Made by a program: the position numbers and the translations under genes | Assembly (NCBI GenBank): GCA_041659825.1 | Contig: JBAZXL010000009.1 | Span: 39,455-103,454, forward strand | Length of the DNA: 64,000 nucleotides | Direction: 5' to 3' | DNA from: Hyphomicrobium sp. | GTDB lineage: Bacteria; Pseudomonadota; Alphaproteobacteria; Rhizobiales; Hyphomicrobiaceae | The notes under the pieces: model-generated | Database searches by the model: none | Told to the model about the DNA's origin: nothing | Seen by the model: only the letters and a program-made list of their open reading frames with translations | Shown: positions 37,183 through 46,240 of the stretch, one piece after another | How the letters are laid out: every line of letters begins with the position of its first letter | Position numbering within the stretch: position 1 is the first letter of the stretch

Positions 37183-37280
37183 GTTTGTCTCCTGTGCTTT
37201 GCAGTTTAAGTCTTCAGACGCTCCGCAGCGAGATCGGTCTCGTTTGCAATGTCCGATGCACAGAAGTTAGGTAAAGGGTG

Positions 37281-37306
37281 CTACCGCGAGATTTCGCGAA
37301 TGTTTC
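37281..37306 (-). promoter_or_regulatory. Shared upstream motif (partial copy)
   Basis: CTACCGC-N3-ATTTCGCGA is also at 40573-40591; TGTTTC half-site. Confidence 0.45.
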
Positions 37307-37367
37307 CTTTGATTGCAGGAGCGGTCGTGAAAATAGCTCGCGGCCCGGCATGGTTGGTCTTGAGGGC

Positions 37368-38705
37368 TTAGGAGCCCTCCACTTTCGCCAAAACCACCCT
37401 CACCAAGAGGCCGCCTTCGGGACGGTTCTTAAGCTGTAGCGTACCGCCGTGGCTTTCGATGACGCTTTGGGCAATCGTCAACCCCAGTCCCGTTCCGCCG
37501 GTATCTCGACTGCGCGACGCTTCGATGCGATAGAAAGGCGCGAGAACTTTTTCGAGTTCATCCTCGGGAATGCCCGGACCCTGATCCTCAATCTCCAAAG
37601 TGACGTTCTGCGGCGCGGCTAAGACGCGAACAGTTGCGCTTTGACCGTACTTCAGGGCGTTTCCGATCAAATTCGCGAACGCGCGTTTCAGGGCGAGGCG
37701 GCGACCGGTGAAGATTGCTTTGTCTTGCCGTTCGAGTGTCACCGCCAGCCCCTGATCGGCAAAGTCATCGCAGATCGTCCGGACAATGGCACCAAGATCG
37801 AGCCGTTGGCGCTCCTCACCGGTGTGATCGCTGCGCAGGAACTCCAAGGACGAGCCGATCATCTGCAGCATGTCATCGAAATCGGTCTCGATGGCGCGGC
37901 GCACATCTTCGTCGGCAACATCCTCTAGCCGCAAGCGTAAACGGGCCAGCGGTGACTTCAGGTCGTGGGAAATCGCCGCAAGCATGAGGGTGCGCTCATC
38001 AACGAGTTTCTTGACGCGCAGTTGCATTTCATTGAACGAAGCCGCCAGCTCGCGCACTTCTTTTGGGCCGTCGACTGGGATCGGCTGAGGTTCACTTGTG
38101 ACGTAGACGCGTTTGGCCTCTTCGGCGCATTTGCGGATTGGTTGTGTCACGCTTCGGGCCATGCCAAGGGCGATACCCAAAACTCCAAGCGCCATCAGGG
38201 CCGTTGATACAATGATAGCTCCCCTGGAATTATGCGCACCGTCCAGCACTGCGATGTTGGTGTTCACCCACCCTCCATCGGGCAATCGCATCGAAACGAG
38301 GGTCAAATGCGGATCGGTGCGTGTGCCTGTTCCTTGTGCTGGCGTCCCGACGATGAGACCGCCATCGCGATGGGTTTTTGTGCTTTTTTCAATTTCGGAC
38401 TGCAACGCGCTGGCCGGGCCGGTCATAACTGCGGGGGCTACAGCGAGCGGGACCGTGCTGTAGTGGACCTCCAGTGCGCCCCCCGACAGGGTATGCGCTG
38501 TTTCTTCTCTTTTTTCAGCCGGCAGCCGGCTCAGCGTCGATTTAATTGAGATGAGCCGCTCGGCCGTTCGCGCGGCATTCGTCAGTCCAACTTCCGAATC
38601 AAGACCCAACTGATAGGCCCATATGCTGGCCAAATGCAGTGCGGTGAGCCCGAGCAAAAGCACCGCGATGGTGCGCCCGGCAATGGTGTCAGGGACAAGT
38701 CTCAT
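37368..38705 (-). CDS. Sensor histidine kinase
   Basis: Two TMs, HAMP, H-box ISHDLKSPL, N-box NLIGNALKY, G boxes DQGPGI and GTGLGL. Confidence 0.95.
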   Translation of the reverse strand: MRLVPDTIAGRTIAVLLLGLTALHLASIWAYQLGLDSEVGLTNAARTAERLISIKSTLSRLPAEKREETAHTLSGGALEVHYSTVPLAVAPAVMTGPASALQSEIEKSTKTHRDGGLIVGTPAQGTGTRTDPHLTLVSMRLPDGGWVNTNIAVLDGAHNSRGAIIVSTALMALGVLGIALGMARSVTQPIRKCAEEAKRVYVTSEPQPIPVDGPKEVRELAASFNEMQLRVKKLVDERTLMLAAISHDLKSPLARLRLRLEDVADEDVRRAIETDFDDMLQMIGSSLEFLRSDHTGEERQRLDLGAIVRTICDDFADQGLAVTLERQDKAIFTGRRLALKRAFANLIGNALKYGQSATVRVLAAPQNVTLEIEDQGPGIPEDELEKVLAPFYRIEASRSRDTGGTGLGLTIAQSVIESHGGTLQLKNRPEGGLLVRVVLAKVEGS

Positions 38706-38727
38706 GCGAACTCCCGCCGCAGGCGTA

Positions 38728-39498
38728 TCAGACGCGCTTTACTGATGGCACGAACATGTAGCCTGCGCCGCGGACCGTCTTGATCATCCCGCCTTCATCC
38801 GCACTTTCAAGCTTGCGCCGCAGACGGCTGATTTGAACGTCTATGCTGCGATCAAAACCCGTCGCGATCCTGTTGCGCGAAAGGTCGAGCAACTGTTCCC
38901 GCGTCAGAACACGCTGCGGGCTTTCGACAAAGGCTAGCAGCATATCGTACTCGCCCGTGCTAAGATCAATCACGACACCTTCGGGGTTGAGCAGTTGCCG
39001 TTTGCGCGTATCCAGCACCCACCCCTCAAACGCGTACGCGCCAGCGCTCAGCGGCTGAACGAGGTGCGGGGAAACAGAAGCTCTGCGGAGAAGGGCACGG
39101 ACGCGCGCGAGCAATTCCCGTGTGCTGAAAGGTTTCGCGAGATAATCGTCAGCGCCAAGCTCCAGTCCAACAATCCGATCCGTTTCGTCCCCCTTAGCTG
39201 TCAGCATCATGATGGGGGTCGAGGATGTCTTGCGCAGTTCCCGGCAAAGGTCGAGGCCTGAAGGCCCAGGCAACATTACATCGAGGATGATGAGGTCAAA
39301 CAGGACGAGTTTTAGGGTGTCGTTCATTTCACGCCCGTCGCGGACGCCCGTCACGCGATAGCCCTGGCCGCGGAGAAACTTGGCAACGAGCTGGCGAAGC
39401 TGGCCGTCGTCATCGACAATCAGAACATGGGCATCTGTGATCGAGGCCGGCGGCGCACTGGCATCGCGCTCCGACGCTGGAAAATCTGAGGGAGACAT
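38728..39498 (-). CDS. OmpR-family response regulator
   Basis: IVDDD, ILDVMLP, GADDYLAKPF, IKTVRGAGY. Confidence 0.95.
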   Translation of the reverse strand: MSPSDFPASERDASAPPASITDAHVLIVDDDGQLRQLVAKFLRGQGYRVTGVRDGREMNDTLKLVLFDLIILDVMLPGPSGLDLCRELRKTSSTPIMMLTAKGDETDRIVGLELGADDYLAKPFSTRELLARVRALLRRASVSPHLVQPLSAGAYAFEGWVLDTRKRQLLNPEGVVIDLSTGEYDMLLAFVESPQRVLTREQLLDLSRNRIATGFDRSIDVQISRLRRKLESADEGGMIKTVRGAGYMFVPSVKRV

Positions 39499-39594
39499 GC
39501 GTGTTTCCGTCGAGGCAACATCTGAAATACTGCAGATTATATAACAGCCTAGGCCGCTTGTCGGTCTTTCAGGCGGCCTGGGCTGCGTGTTTTA

Positions 39595-39957
39595 TCACTT
39601 GCCTTTTTCGAGGCTCATTACGGTTAGCTGACCGTTGACCTTGTCCGCCGTGAACTTGACGGCGTCACCCGGCTTGGCAGCTTTCAGCAGCGCAGCATCC
39701 GACGCCTTGAAGACCATGGTCATGGGATCCATTTGCAAGTTTGGAATGGCCTGATGATCGATCGTGATCTTGCCGGCGGTCTCATCAACCTTCGTCACGG
39801 TGCCGCTAACTTTCGGCAGGGACGCGGCCGGCTTTTCTGCAGCAGGCGTATCTGCTGCCTGATGCATCGCGGGGTCATGAGTTCCACCTGCGCTCGCGAC
39901 ACCCGTAGGTCCGGCGAGAAGCACAGCAGCAACGGCCAGTGCGTATCCGATTTTCAT
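39595..39957 (-). CDS. cusF: CusF-like periplasmic copper-binding protein
   Basis: ITIDHQAIPNLQMDPMTMVFK motif; signal peptide. Confidence 0.85.
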   Translation of the reverse strand: MKIGYALAVAAVLLAGPTGVASAGGTHDPAMHQAADTPAAEKPAASLPKVSGTVTKVDETAGKITIDHQAIPNLQMDPMTMVFKASDAALLKAAKPGDAVKFTADKVNGQLTVMSLEKGK

Positions 39958-40004
39958 GTCTTGAACTCCTTGTTTGAATTGATCTCGGTGCGTTCGCTAT
40001 CGAT

Positions 40005-40511
40005 TTACTTTTCCGACACGACGACAACGCCCTTCATGCCGGCCTCGGAGTGGCCGGGAATGAGGCAGGCGAACTCGAAGGCTCCGGCCTTCGAGAATTT
40101 CCAGACGATCTCTGTCGATCCGCCTGGTTTCAAGCGGCGTCCGTTGGGATCGTCGTGCTCCATCTCCGGGTTTTTCTGCATGGCGATGCGGTGCTTAGCA
40201 TTCTTCTCGACGCTGTCGAGCATGAACTCGTGATCGAGCGCCCCGCGATTGGTGATCACGAACTTGATCTGCTCACCAGCCCTCACCGCCAGCTCCGGTG
40301 GATCGTAGGCCATGGTGCCGTCGCCCTCCGTCATCGCGACGGTGATCGTCCGAGCCGGCTTCGCAAGATCACCGGGTTCGCCCGCGGCAAAGACTTTGTG
40401 CGTATGACCGGCCGCTCCTGGTTCTGCTATGGCAAGCGTTCCGGCGAACGGCACACCTGCGCTTGCCGTCAGCGCTATCAAAAGCTGTGATCGCGTGATC
40501 CGCGTTCTCAT
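40005..40511 (-). CDS. Cupredoxin/plastocyanin-like copper-binding protein
   Basis: HEFML...FEFACLIPGHSEAGMKG type-1 Cu site. Confidence 0.9.
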   Translation of the reverse strand: MRTRITRSQLLIALTASAGVPFAGTLAIAEPGAAGHTHKVFAAGEPGDLAKPARTITVAMTEGDGTMAYDPPELAVRAGEQIKFVITNRGALDHEFMLDSVEKNAKHRIAMQKNPEMEHDDPNGRRLKPGGSTEIVWKFSKAGAFEFACLIPGHSEAGMKGVVVVSEK

Positions 40512-40572
40512 GGACTTATCCCTCAACGAACTGCGCTGACTTCGCGCCAACGAGGGATGTAACGAACGCGCT

Positions 40573-40608
40573 CTACCGCTTCATTTCGCGATTGTTACAA
40601 ATTGTTTC
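40573..40608 (-). promoter_or_regulatory. Putative response-regulator binding site and internal promoter
   Basis: 40584-40608 matches 44041-44065 at 22 of 25 nt. Confidence 0.6.
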
Positions 40609-40629
40609 CACGCGTCTCAGAACGTGTCC

Positions 40630-42045
40630 TCAATGCCCTGAATGCCCGTTCGGCTTGACGGCTTTGACCTCAATTTCTGATGCGGGCCCGCCAGGTCCGG
40701 TCGTTGCTGCCGGTTCAGCCGGAGCACGAACGGGATTGGAAAGTTTCGAGGGATCGCCCGTCCACTTGAAGGCGACGGTACCTTCCGGATTCTCGTACCA
40801 ACCGGGGTCCTTGTAGTCGTTGCGGTCAAGCCCCTCGCGTACTTTGACAACCGAAAACATGCCGCCCATCTCGACAGGCCCGAATTGGGCGAACCCGGTC
40901 ATCATCGGCAGCGTGTTGTCGGGCAGCGGCATTTCCATCTCGCCCATATCGGCCATGCCGGCGGCCCCCATCGGCATATAGCCCTTGACCATCTGGGACA
41001 TGCGCTTCTTCAGCTCGGACTGGTCGACGCCGATGAATGTTCGCAAGTCATGACCCATCGCGTTCATCGTGTGGTGCGACTTATGGCAGTGAATAGCCCA
41101 GTCGCCCTCGTAGTTTGCGTCGAACTCGTAGGCGCGCATTTGCCCGACAGCGCAATCGATCGTCACCTCAGGCCACCGGGCTTCGGGACGCACCCAGCCG
41201 CCGTCCGTACAAGTCACCTCGAAATGGTAGCCGTGCATGTGGATTGGATGGTTCGTCATCGTGAGATTGCCGAAGCGCACGCGCACGCGATCGCCCTTGC
41301 GTACGACAAGAGGATCGATGCCGGGGAAGACACGGCTGTTCCAGCTCCAAAGATTGAAGTTCAACATCTGCGCGATGCGCGGGACATACGAACCTGGATC
41401 GATGTCATAGGCATTCAGCAGGAAGACGAAATCGCGGTCAACGCGCATGAACTTCGGGTCTTTGGGATGGACGACAAAGAACCCCATCATGCCCATAGCC
41501 ATCTGAACCATTTCATCGGCATGCGGGTGATACATGAACGTGCCGGACTTCGCGATCTGCCACTCGTAGACGTAGGTCTCGCCCGGCTTGATGTGCGGCT
41601 GATTCAAGCCGCCAACGCCATCCATGCCGCTCGGCAGGATCTGCCCGTGCCAGTGAATAGTCGTATGTTCGGGAAGTTTGTTGGTGACGAAAATGCGCAC
41701 CTTGTCGCCCTCGATCACCTCAATTGTTGGACCCGGAGACTGGCCGTTGTAGCCCCACAGGTGTGCTTTCATTCCGGGCGCCATCTCGCGCACGACCGGT
41801 TCAGCGACCAGATGGAATTCTTTCCATTCGCCGTTCATGCGCGGTGCGAGTGTCCAGCCGTTCAAAGTGACAACCGGCTGATAGTCTGGGCCGCTCGAAG
41901 GAGCCACCGGAGCCTGTGTGGCTGGCGATGACTGGAACTGCGCTTCTGGGGCTGCAGCGTGGGCGGGGCGGCCCGTCACTTTGGCGGCACCCAGCAACGC
42001 AAGCCCGCCCGTCGCGACCATCATGTCTCTACGCGATACCGTCAT
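40630..42045 (-). CDS. Tat-exported multicopper oxidase (copper resistance)
   Basis: SRR Tat signal; IHWHG, MYHPH, HPIHMHG, HCHKSHH copper ligands. Confidence 0.95.
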   Translation of the reverse strand: MTVSRRDMMVATGGLALLGAAKVTGRPAHAAAPEAQFQSSPATQAPVAPSSGPDYQPVVTLNGWTLAPRMNGEWKEFHLVAEPVVREMAPGMKAHLWGYNGQSPGPTIEVIEGDKVRIFVTNKLPEHTTIHWHGQILPSGMDGVGGLNQPHIKPGETYVYEWQIAKSGTFMYHPHADEMVQMAMGMMGFFVVHPKDPKFMRVDRDFVFLLNAYDIDPGSYVPRIAQMLNFNLWSWNSRVFPGIDPLVVRKGDRVRVRFGNLTMTNHPIHMHGYHFEVTCTDGGWVRPEARWPEVTIDCAVGQMRAYEFDANYEGDWAIHCHKSHHTMNAMGHDLRTFIGVDQSELKKRMSQMVKGYMPMGAAGMADMGEMEMPLPDNTLPMMTGFAQFGPVEMGGMFSVVKVREGLDRNDYKDPGWYENPEGTVAFKWTGDPSKLSNPVRAPAEPAATTGPGGPASEIEVKAVKPNGHSGH

Positions 42046-42069
42046 CCTGAAGCTCCTTTCTCGATGCCG

Positions 42070-43551
42070 TCATCCGCCCGTACCCGCAGCGACCGATGCA
42101 ACGCTGCCATCGCGTCCGCCGATCACTGCGGTGTGCAAATCGACTTTGGCCAGCCAGAAATCGCGCCGCGCGGTCGCAGCCTGCACATTCGTTTCGATCC
42201 GGGCCCGAGCATCGGCGAGCAACTGGAACACGTCGACAAGCATACCATTGTAGTTTAGCAGCGTTTGCTCGGTAATAATCTGGCGAAGAGGCAGGATTTC
42301 CCGCTCGTAGTGCCGAACGACGTCATACGTGCCGCGATAGGCCTGATAGGCCTGCCGTGCTTCGGACCGCACATTCACCGCTTTTTCAATCAACCGGTTG
42401 ACGGCGGTCATATAGGTTTCTTCGACCCGCCGGGTCCGCACTTCGCCGAAGTCATAGATCGGAATCTGAAAATCCACGTCGAAGCCGCGCCAGCGAACTT
42501 TCTCCGTCCGCTGCGTCTCTGTGCGTATGAGCGCGGGGCCCGGTCCGAGCGTAAAGTCGACTTCCGTGACCTTGTTCGTTTCAACGCGACGAATGCCCCG
42601 AACCTCCAGCACATCGATGAATCGAGTGGCGCTCGTGAGCCCAAACTCCTTGGCCAGGATAGCGATCTCCATGCGTGCGATTTCCAGATCGATGCGGGAA
42701 AGCACAGCCTCGGTTTCAATGTCGTCTTCGACTTTCGGCTTTGGAGGAAGGGCGGGCAGTTTATCCGGTAGTTTATATTTGAGCTGCGCGCCCCATAGTC
42801 CAAGCGCCTGGTTGAGCCGTTCGCGCTCCAGGCGCTGTGTCAGACGCGCTTGCGCCAATTGACCGCCAACCTCAGCCGTGAAGGCGTGCTCGCGCGCTTG
42901 ATCCAGCTTCGCCATGCCGCCCGTCTCACCAAGCTTCCTGGCAAAGTCTGACACGGTTTCGGCCGAGTTGACGGCCTGCTGCAGGAGGACCACCTGCTCG
43001 TTCGCCGCCACAGCCCGATAGTGGGCGCGGCGCGCATCGGCCGCGATCTTGAGAGTCGCATCGACCGCGCGTTTCTGTGCCTGGAGAAAGCGATCCTCCG
43101 CGATCTCGCGCCGGCGCGGCAAGGTCAAAAGGCTCAACACATTCTGCAAAATCTGGGCTTCGATCTCGATTGTCGACGGTTGAATGAGACGTGACAGCGT
43201 GACGATCGGTGAGGGTGGCAAACTCGCTTCGACCATCATGGCTTCCGACACACCAAGTTCGGTGTAGGCGGCTTGCAGGCCCCGGTTGTTCAAAAGAGCG
43301 ATCTGAACGGCCGCATCGGGCGTCATCGTGCGCGAAAGAAGCTCGGCCACTCGGGCCTCGGCCGCAGCGGCGCCGTGCTCATCTTGGATTTTCGCGGCGG
43401 GTTCGCCAATCGCTGCAGTCGACAGGTCGCTCACAAGGCTCATGCCACCATCAGCCGAGAACTGCGCGCAACCGCCCAAAATCAAAAGCGGACTTGCCGC
43501 CGAGATCCTCATCAATCTCTTCCAAACGCTACGCCGTCTGCCCAAACCCAT
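42070..43551 (-). CDS. TolC-family outer-membrane lipoprotein of the copper operon
   Basis: Lipobox LGGC; AVQIALLNNRGLQA; FQIPIYDFGE; start inferred at ATG43551. Confidence 0.9.
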   Translation of the reverse strand: MGLGRRRSVWKRLMRISAASPLLILGGCAQFSADGGMSLVSDLSTAAIGEPAAKIQDEHGAAAAEARVAELLSRTMTPDAAVQIALLNNRGLQAAYTELGVSEAMMVEASLPPSPIVTLSRLIQPSTIEIEAQILQNVLSLLTLPRRREIAEDRFLQAQKRAVDATLKIAADARRAHYRAVAANEQVVLLQQAVNSAETVSDFARKLGETGGMAKLDQAREHAFTAEVGGQLAQARLTQRLERERLNQALGLWGAQLKYKLPDKLPALPPKPKVEDDIETEAVLSRIDLEIARMEIAILAKEFGLTSATRFIDVLEVRGIRRVETNKVTEVDFTLGPGPALIRTETQRTEKVRWRGFDVDFQIPIYDFGEVRTRRVEETYMTAVNRLIEKAVNVRSEARQAYQAYRGTYDVVRHYEREILPLRQIITEQTLLNYNGMLVDVFQLLADARARIETNVQAATARRDFWLAKVDLHTAVIGGRDGSVASVAAGTGG

Positions 43552-43627
43552 GAGCGATCCCCCCGGTGCTCTAAAATCTCGCAACGCCTTCCCCCGAAGG
43601 CTCCGCGGTACACTCACACCCGTTTCA

Positions 43628-43942
43628 TCAATGTTGCATGCCCGGCATGGACTCCATGGGCTTCGGTTGCGCCGGGGCGGTTGAAGAATTCGGTGTTGCC
43701 TGCGGCGGCTGTCGATCCGCGGGCAGCGCGCCAGGAGGGGCCACCTGGCGATTGATTTCGCCCCAAGGCTGCGGCTCGACAGGCCGATAGCTTTTGATGC
43801 CAGCGGCAATCGATCGGTAGGGTTGGGCCGGGACAGGAACGGGCTCATCAGGCATTGGACCGGCCTGCGGCCACGCCGGTTCCCGTTCACCCCAACCTGT
43901 GAGGCTCAACAGCGCGAACAGTGCAATCCACACCCTGATCAT
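43628..43942 (-). CDS. Small exported Pro-rich protein heading the copper operon
   Basis: Hydrophobic leader; YRS..SYRP..W..N..VAP; C-terminal MESMPGMQH. Confidence 0.65.
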   Translation of the reverse strand: MIRVWIALFALLSLTGWGEREPAWPQAGPMPDEPVPVPAQPYRSIAAGIKSYRPVEPQPWGEINRQVAPPGALPADRQPPQATPNSSTAPAQPKPMESMPGMQH

Positions 43943-44040
43943 GATGAGGCCGCCGTGCTTGGTTTGGTCGCCATGGCGCAAAACATCCCAAAAAAGTAAA
44001 GGTTGGGATCCACTTTAATCGGCCACCCCGATTCGGGGTG

Positions 44041-44065
44041 TTTCGCGTTTATTACAAAATGTTTC
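44041..44065 (-). promoter_or_regulatory. Putative response-regulator binding site upstream of the copper operon
   Basis: Minus strand GAAACATTTTGTAATAAACGCGAAA; near-identical copy at 40584-40608. Confidence 0.6.
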
Positions 44066-44343
44066 AGTGGCGTTGACGCAAAGCGGATCGCTGGAACCTG
44101 TAACAGGATGGACGATGCCGACAGCGTTGCAAGTCCCAGACTCAAGATAGCGTCCGGATCGGTTCCTACCCGCTGATGCGCTGGCGCTGTGATCACATAC
44201 GAGGACCAACCGCGCGCCATAGGCTGGCGGAAGCTGATACTGACAAGGAGAAGTTACCGCTCGCCAGAGCGTTAGAGGGCCTTGGGCACCAAGCCGTGCG
44301 CGTTCGAAATAAAGGCGCGTCGCGTTGCGCAAGCTTCCATATG

Positions 44344-45219
44344 TCAGAACGGCGCGGCATGAGCAGCAGACATCAGTGCGAGCACCCCCCTTACGGAGAT
44401 CACGAAACCGATCAGAAACACGATAGACGCCGACACATAGGGAAGCCTATGGCTCCACCGGTCAAATCCTTGCCAGCGGGACCGCGCGTAACCGGCGCCC
44501 CAGACCGCTGCAAGACCGACGGCGATCAACGCTATCGCGAGTCCCGCACTAAACGCTGCGACCATGGCGATGCCCAGGGTGAAAGCTTTGAGCTGCAGGC
44601 AAATCAGCAACACCGCAATCGCGGCCGGGCAGGGCAAAAGTCCCCCTGAAAACCCGAACCATGCGATGTCGAGATTCGTGACCTCCCGGCCACCGCCAAA
44701 GCGACATTGGAGATGGCGCGCGTGGGCTGCTGCGTGCGCGTCAAGTCCGGCATCCTGGACATGAGGCTCGTGGCTGTGGTCATGGTTATGATCTTCATCG
44801 GATTTGTGATGATCATGGTTTGGGCCGGCTTGATGGGCATGATCGGGAGTGCGCAATTGAGCGGCGGAAGGCTCAAGACCTCCCCGCATCAACGCAAAAA
44901 TTCGGAGCGAGAGCCCCATGATGAGAAGCCCGGAAATAAGTACAAGCCATGGCTCGGCCTTATCGAGAATCATTTTGTCGCCGAGATAGAGTCCCGCAAG
45001 GGCGATGATCCACACGATCAGCGTATGACCCGCTGCTGCCGTTAGTCCGAGCAGCGCTGCCTGGGCGGGCGTGCCTCGCACGGCGACGATGAACGCTGCC
45101 ATCATGGACTTGGAATGTCCCGGCTCAAGCGCATGCAACGCACCCAGGAGTACCGCGAGGGGAAGGTAAATCCAGGGATTTGCTGCCCCGTGTTCGACGA
45201 TGCTTGCGATATCCGGCAG
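44344..45219 (-). CDS. rcnA: RcnA-type Ni/Co efflux permease with probable CTG start
   Basis: HALEPGHSK, His-rich loop, GLLPCPAAI. The frame is open to CTG45219 (LPDIASIVEHG..WIYLPLAVLLGAL). Confidence 0.9.
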   Translation of the reverse strand: MPDIASIVEHGAANPWIYLPLAVLLGALHALEPGHSKSMMAAFIVAVRGTPAQAALLGLTAAAGHTLIVWIIALAGLYLGDKMILDKAEPWLVLISGLLIMGLSLRIFALMRGGLEPSAAQLRTPDHAHQAGPNHDHHKSDEDHNHDHSHEPHVQDAGLDAHAAAHARHLQCRFGGGREVTNLDIAWFGFSGGLLPCPAAIAVLLICLQLKAFTLGIAMVAAFSAGLAIALIAVGLAAVWGAGYARSRWQGFDRWSHRLPYVSASIVFLIGFVISVRGVLALMSAAHAAPF

Positions 45220-45229
45220 TTGCGGGCCC

Positions 45230-45502
45230 TCACTTTACGTAGGTTTTGATGACATCCATCAACGCGCTCGCGCCGCGCTCGCGTTCGGCGGCGTTGGCAG
45301 CGCCGATGACGTGATCCTGCATGTGATCGTCGATCAGTTCTGCGGTCAGCCCGCCTATTGCGCCGCGAACCGAGGCGACCAATTGCAGAATCTCCGAGCA
45401 ACCGTGTTCGCCTTCGAGGGCGCGCTCGATGGCTTCGACCTGCCCCTTGATGCGGCGCACGCGCCCGAGCAGCTTCGATTTCCCGGCAACGGTATGGCTC
45501 AT
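45230..45502 (-). CDS. rcnR: RcnR/DmeR (CsoR-family) Ni/Co-sensing repressor
   Basis: MSHT (His3), RVRRIKGQV, CSEIL (Cys35), H..DH. Confidence 0.9.
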   Translation of the reverse strand: MSHTVAGKSKLLGRVRRIKGQVEAIERALEGEHGCSEILQLVASVRGAIGGLTAELIDDHMQDHVIGAANAAERERGASALMDVIKTYVK

Positions 45503-45520
45503 TCTTGACCTCGATCTAAG

Positions 45521-45552
45521 TATAGTATAGGGGGGTACTCTATAAACGTCAA
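45521..45552 (-). promoter_or_regulatory. Sigma70 promoter of rcnRA overlapped by an RcnR/DmeR-type operator
   Basis: Minus strand TTGACG-N17-TATACT. Operator TATAGAGTACCCCCCTATACTATA has a C6 tract flanked by IRs, as in DmeR/RcnR boxes. Confidence 0.85.
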
Positions 45553-45708
45553 ATGTCGCGCTTGAAAAGTCTTATATTCTCCGGGTTGTTGCCATTTAGC
45601 CTCATGGGTGATGCGCTCTCAAAAGATGGGCCGCGCACCTGTTGGCCCTCGCGCTCAGGGGTGGTAGCTCTGGTGGGTAACGGAATCGGTCCAATCGGAG
45701 CTATTCGC

Positions 45709-46152
45709 GTGTCGAGCCTGCGTCGCCTCGTCGTCGCTATCCTGCTGGTGCTGTTCGCACCGGCATCGATTGTGGCTGCGATGCCGCTGGTTTTGTGCCA
45801 CGCCAGCGACGGTAGCCATGCTCTAGAATGGCGCGGCGGGACCGCCGACCACGCGGACACCACCCTTCATCATCATGGCGGTGAGCATGATGACGGCGAG
45901 CATGCCGGCGAATTTACCGGTTGGCATTCGCACGATGGCGGTTGCGACGATCACGCCATTGTCTCCTCTGGGACTTCCACGAGATCGGACAAGGCGTGCG
46001 TCGGCGCTAAGCCCAAAGCTTATCCTGCTGTTCTCGTGGAGCCGATGGGCGGCGACGTCCGAACATATCTGTCTGACGGCCGGTACTGCGCTCGAATTCC
46101 CGCCTCAAGCGAACGGCTTGAGCATCTGCGCACTGTGATTCTGCTGATTTAG
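45709..46152 (+). CDS. His-rich exported CzcI/DUF2946-like protein
   Basis: GTG45709 with RBS GGAG; hydrophobic leader; HHHGGEH..CDDH; ends LRTVILLI. Confidence 0.65.
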   Translation: MSSLRRLVVAILLVLFAPASIVAAMPLVLCHASDGSHALEWRGGTADHADTTLHHHGGEHDDGEHAGEFTGWHSHDGGCDDHAIVSSGTSTRSDKACVGAKPKAYPAVLVEPMGGDVRTYLSDGRYCARIPASSERLEHLRTVILLI

Positions 46153-46240
46153 CTCTCCGACTCTGATTGCCTGAGGAGGCGCGGCGCCGTTGTGCCGCGT
46201 CCAGCGCTCATGCGCGTTTGAGATCGGGAGAGCAAGGGAT

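Noticed and set aside
42070-43890. Long N-terminal extensions in track ORFs (TolC 606 aa, Toprim 481 aa, DUF2493 355 aa, 8397..9485, 45553..46152)
   Set aside because: The extensions are low-complexity or overlap other genes; internal starts have good RBSs and signal peptides.
44344-45138. rcnA starting at TTG45138 as in the ORF track
   Set aside because: This would delete the first TM directly before the HALEPGH motif; a longer open frame exists.
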